In this document: piece by piece, positions 49,601-58,319 of the stretch
Position numbering within the stretch: the first letter of the stretch is position 1
How the letters are laid out: every line of letters starts with the position of its first letter
Assembly (NCBI GenBank): GCA_948437735.1
Contig: CAOJKD010000019.1
Location: 1 to 58,449, forward strand
DNA from: an uncultured Lachnospiraceae bacterium
GTDB lineage: Bacteria > Bacillota > Clostridia > Lachnospirales > Lachnospiraceae
DNA length: 58,449 bases
Direction: 5' to 3'
Program-made: the position numbers and the translations under genes
Notes under the pieces: generated by a model
Seen by the model: the letters and a program-made list of their open reading frames with translations, nothing else
What the model was told of the DNA's origin: nothing
Databases searched by the model: none

Positions 49601-50115
49601 AAGTTCAGGATGGAGCGACGGAAGTAATCGGCGGTATGGTGACGGCCAAAAGACTGAAGCTGACCAGAAATAATACAATGATGGCGTATCTGACAATGGA
49701 AGATATGTCGGGAGCTGTCGAAGTAATTGTGTTTCCAAGAGATTATGAGAAGTACAAGCTGAAACTGAATGTTGATGAAAAACTATATATTCGCGGAAAA
49801 GTTACCGTGGAGGAAGATAAGCCGGCAAAGTTGATTTTTCAGGAGGCAACCTTATTTTCGGATGTTCCGAGGGAGCTTTGGATACAGTTTAGCAATAAAC
49901 TTGATTTTGTGGAAAATCAACAAAAACTGTATTCATTATTAGGTGAATATGACGGAAATGATACTGTCTGTGTGTATTTGGCACAGGAAAAGGCTGTAAA
50001 ACGTCTTCCGAAAAGCCAAAGTATTAGTATAAATAATGAGAGCTACAAAAAAATTTGTGAACAATTTTTACCGGAAAATGTGAGAGTTGTAGAAAAGAGT
50101 ATTGAAAAACGTTGA
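46603..50115 (+). CDS. dnaE: DNA polymerase III alpha subunit (DnaE type)
   Basis: It has the PHP domain start MAFTHLHVHTEYSLLDGSGKIKEMV. The 1170-aa length fits, and it has a C-terminal OB fold. Confidence 0.85.
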   Translation: MAFTHLHVHTEYSLLDGSGKIKEMVLRAKELGMDSMAITDHGVMYGVIDFYRACKAEGIRPILGCEVYVAPGSRFEKEGAAAEERYFHLVLLAKNNVGYSNLMKIVSKGFIEGFYYKPRVDRELLMEHHEGIIALSACLAGEVATLLRRGFYEEAKKAAMELSGIFGEGNFFLELQDHGIPEQRTVNQGLLRMSKETGLPLVATNDVHYTLAEDWKAHDILLCIQTQKKVSDENRMRYEGGQYYIKSPQEMEELFPYAKEAVENTHKIAEQCDVEIEFGNYKLPKFDVPDGYTAWEYLQKLCHEGLKRRYPENFQELEERLQYEMDTIHNMGFVDYFLIVWDFIRYAKERGIAVGPGRGSAAGSIVSYCLEITNIDPIKYNLLFERFLNPERLTMPDIDIDFCFERRQEVIDYVVEKYGKDRVVQIVTFGTMAAKGVLRDVGRALDMPYAQCDAIAKMVPKELNITLDKALKMNPDFASAYRGDEQVKYLVDMSKRLEGLARHASMHAAGVVISNAPADDYVPLSRSSEDTITTQFTMTTLEELGLLKMDFLGLRTLTVIQNAVRLVQKEYGKKAAAGEEYPGFIGGVLDIDKIDYADAKVYDLLCSGKTEGIFQLESGGMKSFIKELKPHNIEDVIAGISLYRPGPMDFIPKYIKGKNEPDSIQYECKELEPILEPTYGCIVYQEQVMQIVRDLAGYSYGRSDLVRRAMSKKKASVMEKERKNFVYGNEEENVPGCIAKGIPEKIANHIYDEMIDFAKYAFNKSHAAAYAVVAYQTAFLKCYYPVEFMAALMTSVIDNPNKVAEYIFNCRQLGIAILPPDINVGEASFSVDNGAIRYGLTAIKGLGKPVIDELVKERETNGLYKGLKDFIERLSNKEVNKRTLESFIKSGALDTIPGTRKQKMYVYISILDAIAETKKQSITGQMSMFDLFAPEEKQAYDNSFPNVGEYTKEELLGFEKEVLGIYISGHPLETYETAMKKNVTKTMLDFLVDEETGESKVQDGATEVIGGMVTAKRLKLTRNNTMMAYLTMEDMSGAVEVIVFPRDYEKYKLKLNVDEKLYIRGKVTVEEDKPAKLIFQEATLFSDVPRELWIQFSNKLDFVENQQKLYSLLGEYDGNDTVCVYLAQEKAVKRLPKSQSISINNESYKKICEQFLPENVRVVEKSIEKR

Positions 50116-50218
50116 AAGTTATACTAAAATGGGAGAGGGGGCTGTGGTATGGTGTCAGGCATTGCTCATCTCGTGAAATGCTCCCACAAATAACGGTCGT
50201 GGCATGGAGGCTTAGGAT

Positions 50219-51214
50219 ATGGCTAAGGCAAAAACAGCAGAAAAGAAGCAGGTAAAAACGATTGGTGTATTGACGAGCGGTGGCGATGCGCCAGGTATGA
50301 ATGCTGCCATACGTGCGGTGGTGCGCACAGGTCTGGCAAATGGTTTGAAGGTGAAGGGGATACGCAGAGGCTATACTGGTCTTCTGGAAGAAGATATTAT
50401 TGATATGACAGCGAAAAGTGTTTCGGATATTATCCAAAAAGGCGGTACAGTTCTTTATACTGCGCGCTGCCCAGAATTTATGACCGCAAATGGACAAGAT
50501 AAGGGAGCTGCTATATGTAAGAAACACGGGATTGACGGTCTTGTTGTGATCGGCGGAGACGGTTCCTTTCAGGGGGCAAGGCAGCTTGCCGCAAGAGGGA
50601 TCAACACGGTTGGCGTACCAGGAACGATTGATCTTGACATTGCCTGCACAGAGTATACCATTGGTTTTGACACCGCGGTAAATACCGCGATGGAGGCGAT
50701 TGATAAAGTGCGCGACACTTCAACTTCCCATGAACGGTGCAGCATTATTGAAGTGATGGGCAGAAATGCCGGTTATATTGCGCTTTGGTGCGGTATTGCG
50801 AACGGTGCGGAGGATATCTTGACTGTGGAACGCTACGACCGCGATGAGAGCAAAATTATTGACAATATCCGGGCAAAAAAGAAGATTGGAAAAACGCACC
50901 ATATTATTATTAACGCCGAGGGAATCGGGGATTCTTACGCGATGGCGGAGAGAATTGAAGCGGCTACCGGCGTGGAGACAAGAGCGACGATTATTGGACA
51001 TATTCAGCGCGGCGGAAGCCCGACTTGCAAGGATCGTGTGTACGCTTCGTCAATGGGCGCAAAGGCGGTGGATATCTTGAGTGCCGGAGGAAGCAACCGC
51101 GTTGTGGCGTACAAGCATGGAGAGTTTGTTGATTTTGATATTGAGGAAGCTCTTGCGATGAAGAAAACGCTTGACCCGTACATGTATGATATGTCAAGGA
51201 AGCTTTCAAGATAA
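50219..51214 (+). CDS. pfkA: ATP-dependent 6-phosphofructokinase
   Basis: IGVLTSGGDAPGMNAAIRAVVR and GGDGS are present. There is no terminator between dnaE and this gene, so they are probably co-transcribed. Confidence 0.85.
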   Translation: MAKAKTAEKKQVKTIGVLTSGGDAPGMNAAIRAVVRTGLANGLKVKGIRRGYTGLLEEDIIDMTAKSVSDIIQKGGTVLYTARCPEFMTANGQDKGAAICKKHGIDGLVVIGGDGSFQGARQLAARGINTVGVPGTIDLDIACTEYTIGFDTAVNTAMEAIDKVRDTSTSHERCSIIEVMGRNAGYIALWCGIANGAEDILTVERYDRDESKIIDNIRAKKKIGKTHHIIINAEGIGDSYAMAERIEAATGVETRATIIGHIQRGGSPTCKDRVYASSMGAKAVDILSAGGSNRVVAYKHGEFVDFDIEEALAMKKTLDPYMYDMSRKLSR

Positions 51215-51361
51215 GAGAAAATTTTTGGCATAAAATTGTTTTTATAGCCCCGCCGTCCAGTGGTGATATACTGAGCGGCGGGGCTGCGGTTTCCTGCGAA
51301 AAACAGGTGAAAAAGGTTTGTAAATTCAAAGAAAAAGGATAAAAGGAGTATCAACATTATA

Positions 51362-53098
51362 ATGAATCCAAGAGCAAAAAAGTTTTTATCTTATTATAAG
51401 CCGTATCTCGGCGTATTTACCGCGGATATGCTCTGTGCGTTTGCAGTTGCGGGGATTTCGCTTATCTTGCCGATGATTGTGCGCTACATAACAAACACGG
51501 TTCTGGTAAACTATGAAATCAGCGAGGCGGTGGGCGTAATTGCAAAGCTTGCGCTCGCGATGGTTGCGCTTGCCATCCTTCAATTTTTATGCAATTTTTT
51601 TATTGCCTACAAAGGGCATATTATGGGGGCGAAAATGGAATATGATATGCGCAACGATATCTTTGACCATTACCAGAAACTGTCCTTTAATTTTTATGAT
51701 AATGAGAAAGTCGGTCAGCTGATGACCCGCGTGACAAACGACTTATTTGAGATTACAGAGCTGTGCCACCATGGACCGGAGGATATTATTATCTCCATTA
51801 TCAAGTTTGTCGGCGCATTTATTATTTTAATTCAGATTGACGGGAAGCTGACGCTTCTGTTGTTTTCGGTTATCCCAATTATGTTTGCTTTCGCCTACTA
51901 TATGAAAGGGAAAATGAACCGCGCGTTCCGCAAAAACCGTGAAAATATCGCGGAGATCAATGCGCAGATTGAAGATAATTTATCTGGTATCCGCGTTGTA
52001 AAATCGTTTGCAAATGAGGAGCAGGAAAAGCAGAAATTCCGGGTTGGGAACGGAAAGTTTGTCGAGAGCAAAAGCTATGCTTACTGGCAGATGGCTACCT
52101 TTCATTCCGGGCTTGGTTTTTTTACCGGCATGATCAATGTGGTTGTAATTGTCGGAGGAGGGCTTTTGATTGCGCGCGGCGGGTTAAAAATCAGCGATCT
52201 TCTGACCTTTCTTTTGTACGTAAACAATATTATTGAACCGGTCAATAAGCTGATCAATTTTACCGAGCAGTTTCAGAACGGTATTACAGGATTTTCCCGC
52301 TTTATGGATATCCTGGAGATTGAGCCGGATATTAAGGACAAAGAGAACGCCATTGAGCTTCAAAATGTCCGTGGAGATATCTGTTTTACGGATGTGGCGT
52401 TTCACTATGAAGGAACCAAAGAAGATGTGTTTGAAAATATCAATCTTAAAGTTCCAGCGGGCGGCTATGTCGCGCTGGTTGGTTCTTCCGGTGTTGGAAA
52501 AACAACCTTGTGCAGTCTGATTCCGCGGTTTTATGAGGTTTCTGGCGGAAGCGTCAGCATTGACGGGGTGGATGTGCGCGATGTGACACTGCACTCTTTG
52601 CGCAGCAATATCGGAATTGTACAACAGGATGTATATTTGTTTGCAGGCACTGTCGCGGACAATATCCGCTATGGAAAATTATCTGCCACAATGGATGAAA
52701 TTATAGAAGCGGCAAAGGAGGCAAATGCCCATGAATTTATTATGGGACTGCCGGACGGCTACAATACCTATATTGGGCAGCGCGGCGTAAAATTATCAGG
52801 CGGGCAGAAACAAAGACTTTCCATCGCGCGGGTATTTTTAAAGAATCCTCCGGTTTTGATTTTTGATGAAGCAACTTCCGCGCTGGACAATGAAAGTGAA
52901 AAGATTGTCCAGGAATCGCTGGAAAAGCTGGCAGCAGGGCGGACGACTTTTGTGATTGCGCACCGCCTTACCACAATCCGAAACGCCAGAGAAATCTTAG
53001 TGCTGACGGAAAACGGGATCTGCGAGCGCGGCACGCACGCGGAGCTGATCGCAAAAAATGGAATGTACGCGGCGATGTATCAGGTTGGAACCGTGTGA
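51362..53098 (+). CDS. ABC transporter, fused permease/ATP-binding exporter (MsbA/type I exporter-like)
   Basis: It has six N-terminal TM helices, then an NBD with Walker A GSSGVGKTT, signature LSGGQKQRLSIAR and Walker B ILIFDEATSALD. Confidence 0.8.
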   Translation: MNPRAKKFLSYYKPYLGVFTADMLCAFAVAGISLILPMIVRYITNTVLVNYEISEAVGVIAKLALAMVALAILQFLCNFFIAYKGHIMGAKMEYDMRNDIFDHYQKLSFNFYDNEKVGQLMTRVTNDLFEITELCHHGPEDIIISIIKFVGAFIILIQIDGKLTLLLFSVIPIMFAFAYYMKGKMNRAFRKNRENIAEINAQIEDNLSGIRVVKSFANEEQEKQKFRVGNGKFVESKSYAYWQMATFHSGLGFFTGMINVVVIVGGGLLIARGGLKISDLLTFLLYVNNIIEPVNKLINFTEQFQNGITGFSRFMDILEIEPDIKDKENAIELQNVRGDICFTDVAFHYEGTKEDVFENINLKVPAGGYVALVGSSGVGKTTLCSLIPRFYEVSGGSVSIDGVDVRDVTLHSLRSNIGIVQQDVYLFAGTVADNIRYGKLSATMDEIIEAAKEANAHEFIMGLPDGYNTYIGQRGVKLSGGQKQRLSIARVFLKNPPVLIFDEATSALDNESEKIVQESLEKLAAGRTTFVIAHRLTTIRNAREILVLTENGICERGTHAELIAKNGMYAAMYQVGTV

Positions 53099-53272
53099 TT
53101 TATCGGAATCTTTACAGATAATTTTCTAAAAGTTCGCTGTAGTATTCGTGTTTATCGTGAAAGATTTGTTGTGACCAGAGAGAAATTATAAGAAAATAAA
53201 ATGCAGGTGAGAAGATTGGGCTGTATTTATGTAGGTTTCAGAGTTTTGTAAGCTCTTGGATAATTTTATAAC

Positions 53273-53326
53273 AAAAAAACTTCCTTGTTTTTGCTCCTGC
53301 GGGCGTTTTGCAAGGGAGTTTTTTTG
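53273..53326. terminator. Terminator after the ABC exporter
   Basis: An A-run, then the stem AACTTCCTTG paired with CAAGGGAGTT (one mismatch) around a GC-rich 22-nt loop, then TTTTTTTG. Confidence 0.5.
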
Positions 53327-53594
53327 TTGGTGTGTTTACTTAATGTGACAGGTTTATAAACAGATAAAAAAGCTGTAAATAAAATGGAAAATTACAATTG
53401 ACAAATATACAAAAAAGTGATATTTTTAATGTAAGACAAATGTCGTCCAAAAGAAAAATTTATGAAAAATCACTTTTAAATTTTTACTGATATAATATTG
53501 CAGGAAGATTTTTGATGTATGGGTATAAAGGTTGAAAGAAAAATACTTTTAAACTCTTTATAATGCTACTTACGCGGCGGAATGCGAAGAAATT

Positions 53595-53966
53595 ATGAAT
53601 GATGATAAAAAAATAGTACATTTGGGTGATTCTGAATTAAAGGTTATGGAAGTTGTCTGGCAGGAAGGGGCGCTCCCAGCAAAACAAATTGCGGTCAGTT
53701 TGACAAAACAATTTGGATGGAATAAAAATACAACTTATACATTGATTAAGAGATGTATTGCAAAAGGAGTCCTTCGAAGAGATGAGCCAGATTTTTTTTG
53801 TACTGCGCTGGTAACAAAAGAAGAGATACAAAAGATGGAGACGAAAACTCTGGTAGATAAATTATATAATGGCGCAGAAAATAAACTTTTTGCGGCTTTG
53901 CTTGGAAAAGAAGAATTGTCCGAGAAGCAGTTAAAAAAGCTTAAGCAAATAATAGATGAATGGTAA
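53595..53966 (+). CDS. BlaI/MecI/CopY-family winged-helix transcriptional repressor
   Basis: It is 123 aa with LGDSELKVMEVVWQEGALPAKQIAVSL...NTTYTLIKRCIAKGVL. Confidence 0.75.
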   Translation: MNDDKKIVHLGDSELKVMEVVWQEGALPAKQIAVSLTKQFGWNKNTTYTLIKRCIAKGVLRRDEPDFFCTALVTKEEIQKMETKTLVDKLYNGAENKLFAALLGKEELSEKQLKKLKQIIDEW

Positions 53967-53975
53967 GAGAAAAAA

Positions 53976-55454
53976 ATGCGATTATTCAGTATGTCTGTTA
54001 TGGGCGGGATAATGATTATTATTGTGATAATGATAAGAGCAATTTTTGCAAAAAGATTGCCGCGCCGAATTTTTCCAGTTCTCTGGGCAGTAGTATTGAT
54101 TAGGCTGCTGATTCCATATAATATAGAATTAAAGTGGAGTATATATACTTATGCCAGACCGTTTGTAGAAGAGATAACGAAAGATACATGGAAAGATCAG
54201 CAAAATACAACAGCTTCTGGTTTGGAACAAGATTTTTCAGAAAAAGATAATTTTGAAAAAATCAAGCAATTGGAAACAATAAATATCTATTATACAGGAC
54301 ATATTGTTTTTTTAGCAGGATTTATAATTTTTTCAATGTATTTTATTGTTTCTTATTTTTTGTGTATCAAACGTTTTCAGAGATCGGATCCCATTGTGGA
54401 ATTATGGATTCAACAGTGGAAAAAGGAGCATCCTCTGAAAAGAAATTTTCAGATACGCTGTTCTGACCACATAAAAGTACCTCTTATATTTGGGATAATT
54501 TCTCCTGTTATTTTACTGCCAAAAGAGATACTGAAATGTGAAAAACAAGAGATTACTTTTATTTTGCAGCATGAGTATATCCATATTCGGCGTTGGGACG
54601 GATTGTTAAAACTGTTGCTTGCTGCATCAATTTGTGTACACTGGTTCAATCCTTTTGTTTGGATTATGCAGAGATTATGTGAAAAAGATTTAGAATATGC
54701 CTGCGATGAGAAAGTGGTCGAAAATTTAGATAACAACGGAAAAAAAGCCTATGCATTAACATTGTTTTGTATCGAACAAAAAAAAGCGGAGTATCATACA
54801 CGCGGAATTGGATTTGCTGCCACTAATACAGAAAAAAGGATAAAAGGAATAAAAAATACAAAAAACAGAACAGAAATAAAAAGTTTTTTGGAAGCAGTTA
54901 TAGGATGTATTTTTGCTCTTTTTCTGGCGGTGGTGTTTTCTACTTCGTCGGTTGCTTTGCCGCAGCCGGAGAAAATAAAATTTGAGGAAAAATTTGAAGC
55001 AGAAGACCGAGAGATTCCAATAAAGATTATTGACAAGGCATTTACGGCAATTAAGGAACGCTGGGGAGAGGATAAAAATTATTATCTTATAAGAGAGAGT
55101 ATATTGTATTTTGCAGAGAGACAGGGATGGACTGTTTTATTAAAACTTTATGATGGTCAATATACTTATGCGGTAAATTATGTTACAGCAGAAAAACCTT
55201 CTGCGACATGTGTGATTTACAGAGAAGAAGCAGATGCCGGAAGCATAGAAAATTACGGTTATTTTAATTCTGAAAAAAATCTTAAAGCTCTAAAGCAGAT
55301 TACAGAAAAGGCAGAAAAAAGTTATTTTGTAGAGTATTATGGATTTGTGAAGGAAAATAAAAAGAAGTATTATATCTATGCAAGTATGGTGGAAGGTCGG
55401 GATAAGCAGGGAGAAGGGAAAACAGAGAGAATGTATTGGGAACCGTATGATTAG
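53976..55454 (+). CDS. BlaR1/MecR1-like M56 peptidase-family signal transducer with a non-penicillin-binding extracellular domain
   Basis: It has N-terminal TM helices and the M56 zinc motif HEYIHIRRWD. The C-terminal ~190-aa extracellular domain lacks an SxxK penicillin-binding motif. Confidence 0.7.
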   Translation: MRLFSMSVMGGIMIIIVIMIRAIFAKRLPRRIFPVLWAVVLIRLLIPYNIELKWSIYTYARPFVEEITKDTWKDQQNTTASGLEQDFSEKDNFEKIKQLETINIYYTGHIVFLAGFIIFSMYFIVSYFLCIKRFQRSDPIVELWIQQWKKEHPLKRNFQIRCSDHIKVPLIFGIISPVILLPKEILKCEKQEITFILQHEYIHIRRWDGLLKLLLAASICVHWFNPFVWIMQRLCEKDLEYACDEKVVENLDNNGKKAYALTLFCIEQKKAEYHTRGIGFAATNTEKRIKGIKNTKNRTEIKSFLEAVIGCIFALFLAVVFSTSSVALPQPEKIKFEEKFEAEDREIPIKIIDKAFTAIKERWGEDKNYYLIRESILYFAERQGWTVLLKLYDGQYTYAVNYVTAEKPSATCVIYREEADAGSIENYGYFNSEKNLKALKQITEKAEKSYFVEYYGFVKENKKKYYIYASMVEGRDKQGEGKTERMYWEPYD

Positions 55455-55677
55455 TCCGGTGAAAACAAATACTGGGGGAGAATTTGCTGAGCAAATACTA
55501 ACAGATTTGGTTTCGCAAGGATATAGCGGAACGGAATTACTTGATCGTTTCAAAAAGGCACAAAGAGAGGTGCGTCCAGCTGTGGAAACGATGATGATGG
55601 AAGCAGAGCACGTTGTTGCTTCTAAGTCTGGATATGCGTCTTACGAGGATATTTTTGGCGGGGAGGGAAACGAATGA
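55447..55677 (+). CDS. Small acidic protein (76 aa) translationally coupled to the BlaR1-like gene (ATGA overlap), hypothetical
   Basis: The start overlaps the blaR1-like stop. It has no TM and its C-terminus reads EDIFGGEGNE. Confidence 0.35.
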   Translation: MISPVKTNTGGEFAEQILTDLVSQGYSGTELLDRFKKAQREVRPAVETMMMEAEHVVASKSGYASYEDIFGGEGNE

Positions 55678-55737
55678 CAGAGATACGTTTCCTCCCGCCT
55701 GCAGCGAAGTCAGTAAAATGCAGGTTTTTCTTAAAAT

Positions 55738-56925
55738 TTATTCATTGACAAAAACTTCGCCGTCAGATATTGCTGCTCTCGATAAGCTGTAAGCACCCTC
55801 GACAATATTTCCCGCTTCAACATCAATATTGCCAGTAAAGTTGACCATAACAATATCACCGACGCCAATTTGTTCAAAATCAATGTGACGGCGGATGCGC
55901 AAATCGTTGGCAGGGATTTTAAATACCATTCCTTTTGATTGGTTGGAACATAAAATAGAATCGTCTATAAAAATAAATTCGTCTGTAATTTTAACAAGAG
56001 TGCCAGCAAGCGAATAGGTGTAAGGCTCTATTGCACATTCTGCGCTGTTTTCTGCCGCGTAGGAGATAATCTGGTTTGCAGCATCTGCTCCGATCTCGAA
56101 AGTATATCTAAAATCAAAAATATTTGTTTCAATATATCCGTCTGATGTTACATAAAAAACCCGTTTGTACACTCCAAGAGCATCCGAAGTGGCAGTGAAA
56201 CAAATGTATTTCTTATTTTGATCCCAGACATTATCCTTTTCGATAAATTTTGCATCCCGGCATGTATTTAAAATATCCCAGATATATTGATCGTCATTTA
56301 GAAGGTATTCTTTCTCAGCAGAATTGTCACGAATTGTAAAGCGATCAAAATTTAAAGTCTGTGCGAAACTATAATAATCCAATACTTCGCCAAGATTTGC
56401 AGGCTGCTCATACTCGCTGTATTGAAATACATAAAATTCGCCGCCTAAATTTACAGCAACAATATAATTTTTTGAAATATGGTTGATACAGCGCACTTCC
56501 GATGTCATTCGATATTCTTTTTCCGTCAAAAAATCAAAACCAATCACATCATAAGTTCCAATTGTTTCTCCAAGAAGCGAAGCGTTTATCGGTCTGCCTC
56601 TGGAAATAAATTCTCTTCCATCAACATTTACTGTTGTGTACTGCTCAGAAATTGTTTTATATTCCCATGGCCATACAATAGCAGCTTCGTCCGCTGTTAT
56701 TGATAAATCTTTTTTATAATCTCTTGTTATTCCGCCAAAGGAGACCGATAAAGTATCATTTTTTACACGAAACGCAAAAAATCCTGCAAGCAAAACAATC
56801 GACAAACAAGCAGCGATAGCTGTCCGTTTTACAAAATTATTTTTCTTTTTTGCCGGTTTATCCGCAGCTTCAATATAAGCGGGATCGATAAGTTCCATTT
56901 TATCCAAAAAATCCTTTCCTCTCAT
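55738..56925 (-). CDS. Membrane-anchored anti-sigma-factor-like protein with large extracytoplasmic domain
   Basis: It has a short N-terminal cytoplasmic segment and one TM (AIAACLSIVLLAGFFAF). Its start overlaps the upstream ECF sigma gene stop (ATGA). Confidence 0.5.
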   Translation of the reverse strand: MRGKDFLDKMELIDPAYIEAADKPAKKKNNFVKRTAIAACLSIVLLAGFFAFRVKNDTLSVSFGGITRDYKKDLSITADEAAIVWPWEYKTISEQYTTVNVDGREFISRGRPINASLLGETIGTYDVIGFDFLTEKEYRMTSEVRCINHISKNYIVAVNLGGEFYVFQYSEYEQPANLGEVLDYYSFAQTLNFDRFTIRDNSAEKEYLLNDDQYIWDILNTCRDAKFIEKDNVWDQNKKYICFTATSDALGVYKRVFYVTSDGYIETNIFDFRYTFEIGADAANQIISYAAENSAECAIEPYTYSLAGTLVKITDEFIFIDDSILCSNQSKGMVFKIPANDLRIRRHIDFEQIGVGDIVMVNFTGNIDVEAGNIVEGAYSLSRAAISDGEVFVNE

Positions 56926-57482
56926 AAAACATAACCCTCCTTTTCAAGATATTTTCTAAGTTGATTTCGACATCGAAAAAGCGTAGTTTTTATTTTGCTC
57001 TCCGATAATGCAAAGCGTTTGGCGATAGCGGTGATTGAATCGAAATACCAGTATCGGCGTATAAAAATATTTCTTTTTTCTTCGGTGAGTGTATGCAGAA
57101 ATCCATTGATTGCCTCGCCAAAAGCAAGATCATCGATACGACATTCCACATTATCTGGAGCTGGAATGCATTGTTCCATTTCTTCGCTGAGTTCACATAC
57201 AAATGCACTGCGTTTGAGCCGTGCGCGTTCGCGGCAGCAATTTAAAGAAATATGCCGAATGATTCGGGCCAAAAAAGCGTACAGATAACTTTTTGGACTG
57301 TGCGGCGGAATTAAGTTCCACGTTTGCATATAGGCGTCGTTTTCACATTCTTCCGCAGTCTGCCAGTCCTTAACTATATTGTAAGCTAAGAGGCGCAAAC
57401 GATTTCCAAATTTTTCAGAAGTCTGTTGAATCGCAGTTTCATTGCGGGATAAATATAACTCGACAATTTCATAATCTTCCAA
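56922..57482 (-). CDS. RNA polymerase sigma factor, ECF (sigma-70 group 4) family
   Basis: The region 2 signature is LYLSRNETAIQQTSEKFGNRLRLLAYNIVKDWQTAEECENDAYMQTW. The region 4 HTH is SITAIAKRFALSESKIKTTLFRCRNQL. The likely TTG start at 57482 lies 7 nt after AAGGAGGTG; the ORF-track ATG 24 nt upstream lacks an SD. Confidence 0.7.
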   Translation of the reverse strand: MEDYEIVELYLSRNETAIQQTSEKFGNRLRLLAYNIVKDWQTAEECENDAYMQTWNLIPPHSPKSYLYAFLARIIRHISLNCCRERARLKRSAFVCELSEEMEQCIPAPDNVECRIDDLAFGEAINGFLHTLTEEKRNIFIRRYWYFDSITAIAKRFALSESKIKTTLFRCRNQLRKYLEKEGYVL

Positions 57483-57733
57483 AGGTTCACCTCCTTGTAC
57501 AATCAAATGTTTTTAATTGAAAATTTCAGATTTTTCAACTCTTCCAGTCTCCTTATGTTTTAAAATACAGCTCAACAAAATAAAAAGCGAAAAAAATCAG
57601 GAAAACAAAAATCAATGAAAAAATAATTTTTAAAAGATTTACTGTGAAAAGCTTTTCACTTTAATAAGCACCGCTTCGGGGATAAAGGTTACACTTTTTA
57701 AGAAAATTATACGATAGATTTGGGCAAAAAAAA

Positions 57734-57762
57734 GGTAATGAAGTAGATACCTTCATTACATA
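57734..57762. repeat. Copy 1 of a 30-bp palindromic hairpin element; on the minus strand it is followed by a T8 run (terminator-like)
   Basis: GGTAATGAAG-tagatac-CTTCATTACA is preceded on + by A9. Read on minus it is a hairpin followed by a U-tract, so it is a likely terminator insulating the ECF sigma operon. Confidence 0.5.
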
Positions 57763-58047
57763 CCAATAAATTTACTAAAATAAAATAAAAAAATACAAAA
57801 AGTTCTTTTAATGGTATCCTGATTGTATCACTATATTACAATCTTGTCAATGGATTTGATAAATTTCACAAATATTTACATAGAAATAATAAATGATATA
57901 TTTATTTTCAATAATTTAATAGTATTTAATTATAATAAAGATAAAAATAATATTTTTGATGTGAAACTGCCGAATTTCCTTGCAGACAGCGAATTTCTTG
58001 GACTTTTGATATATTCTTAAATGATTTTTCCAGTATTGTTTCTTTTT

Positions 58048-58071
58048 ATTCGCCGTCAGATTCGCCGTCAA
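58048..58071. repeat. Tandem 12-mer site 1: ATTCGCCGTCAG ATTCGCCGTCAA followed by an A-tract
   Basis: Two abutting copies of the 12-mer are followed by AAAAT. Confidence 0.55.
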
Positions 58072-58206
58072 AAATACAACAAATTCGTTTTATTTCAGAA
58101 AAGCCTACTGTTATTATAAATCAAAGAAACTTTTTTTAAATAATTGATATCTTTTAAAAGTGCATAGTCTTTTAAGTTCTAATTTATTCCATTGATTTGC
58201 CGTCAA

Positions 58207-58230
58207 ATTCGCCGTCAAAAAATAAAAAAG
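58207..58230. repeat. Tandem 12-mer site 2: ATTTGCCGTCAA ATTCGCCGTCAA followed by an A-tract
   Basis: The same tandem arrangement recurs 159 bp downstream of site 1, again followed by AAAAAAT. Confidence 0.55.
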
Positions 58231-58270
58231 TCCTTGTGATATAAGGGATTTCAACAGGTATGTAATGAAG

Positions 58271-58300
58271 GTATCTACTTCATTACATGTTTGAAAGGAA
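58271..58300. repeat. Copy 2 (inverted) of the 30-bp hairpin element
   Basis: TATGTAATGAAG-gtatcta-CTTCATTACAT is the exact reverse complement, loop included, of the element at 57734-57762. Confidence 0.5.
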
Positions 58301-58319
58301 GATCAATATGGGAATAGAA

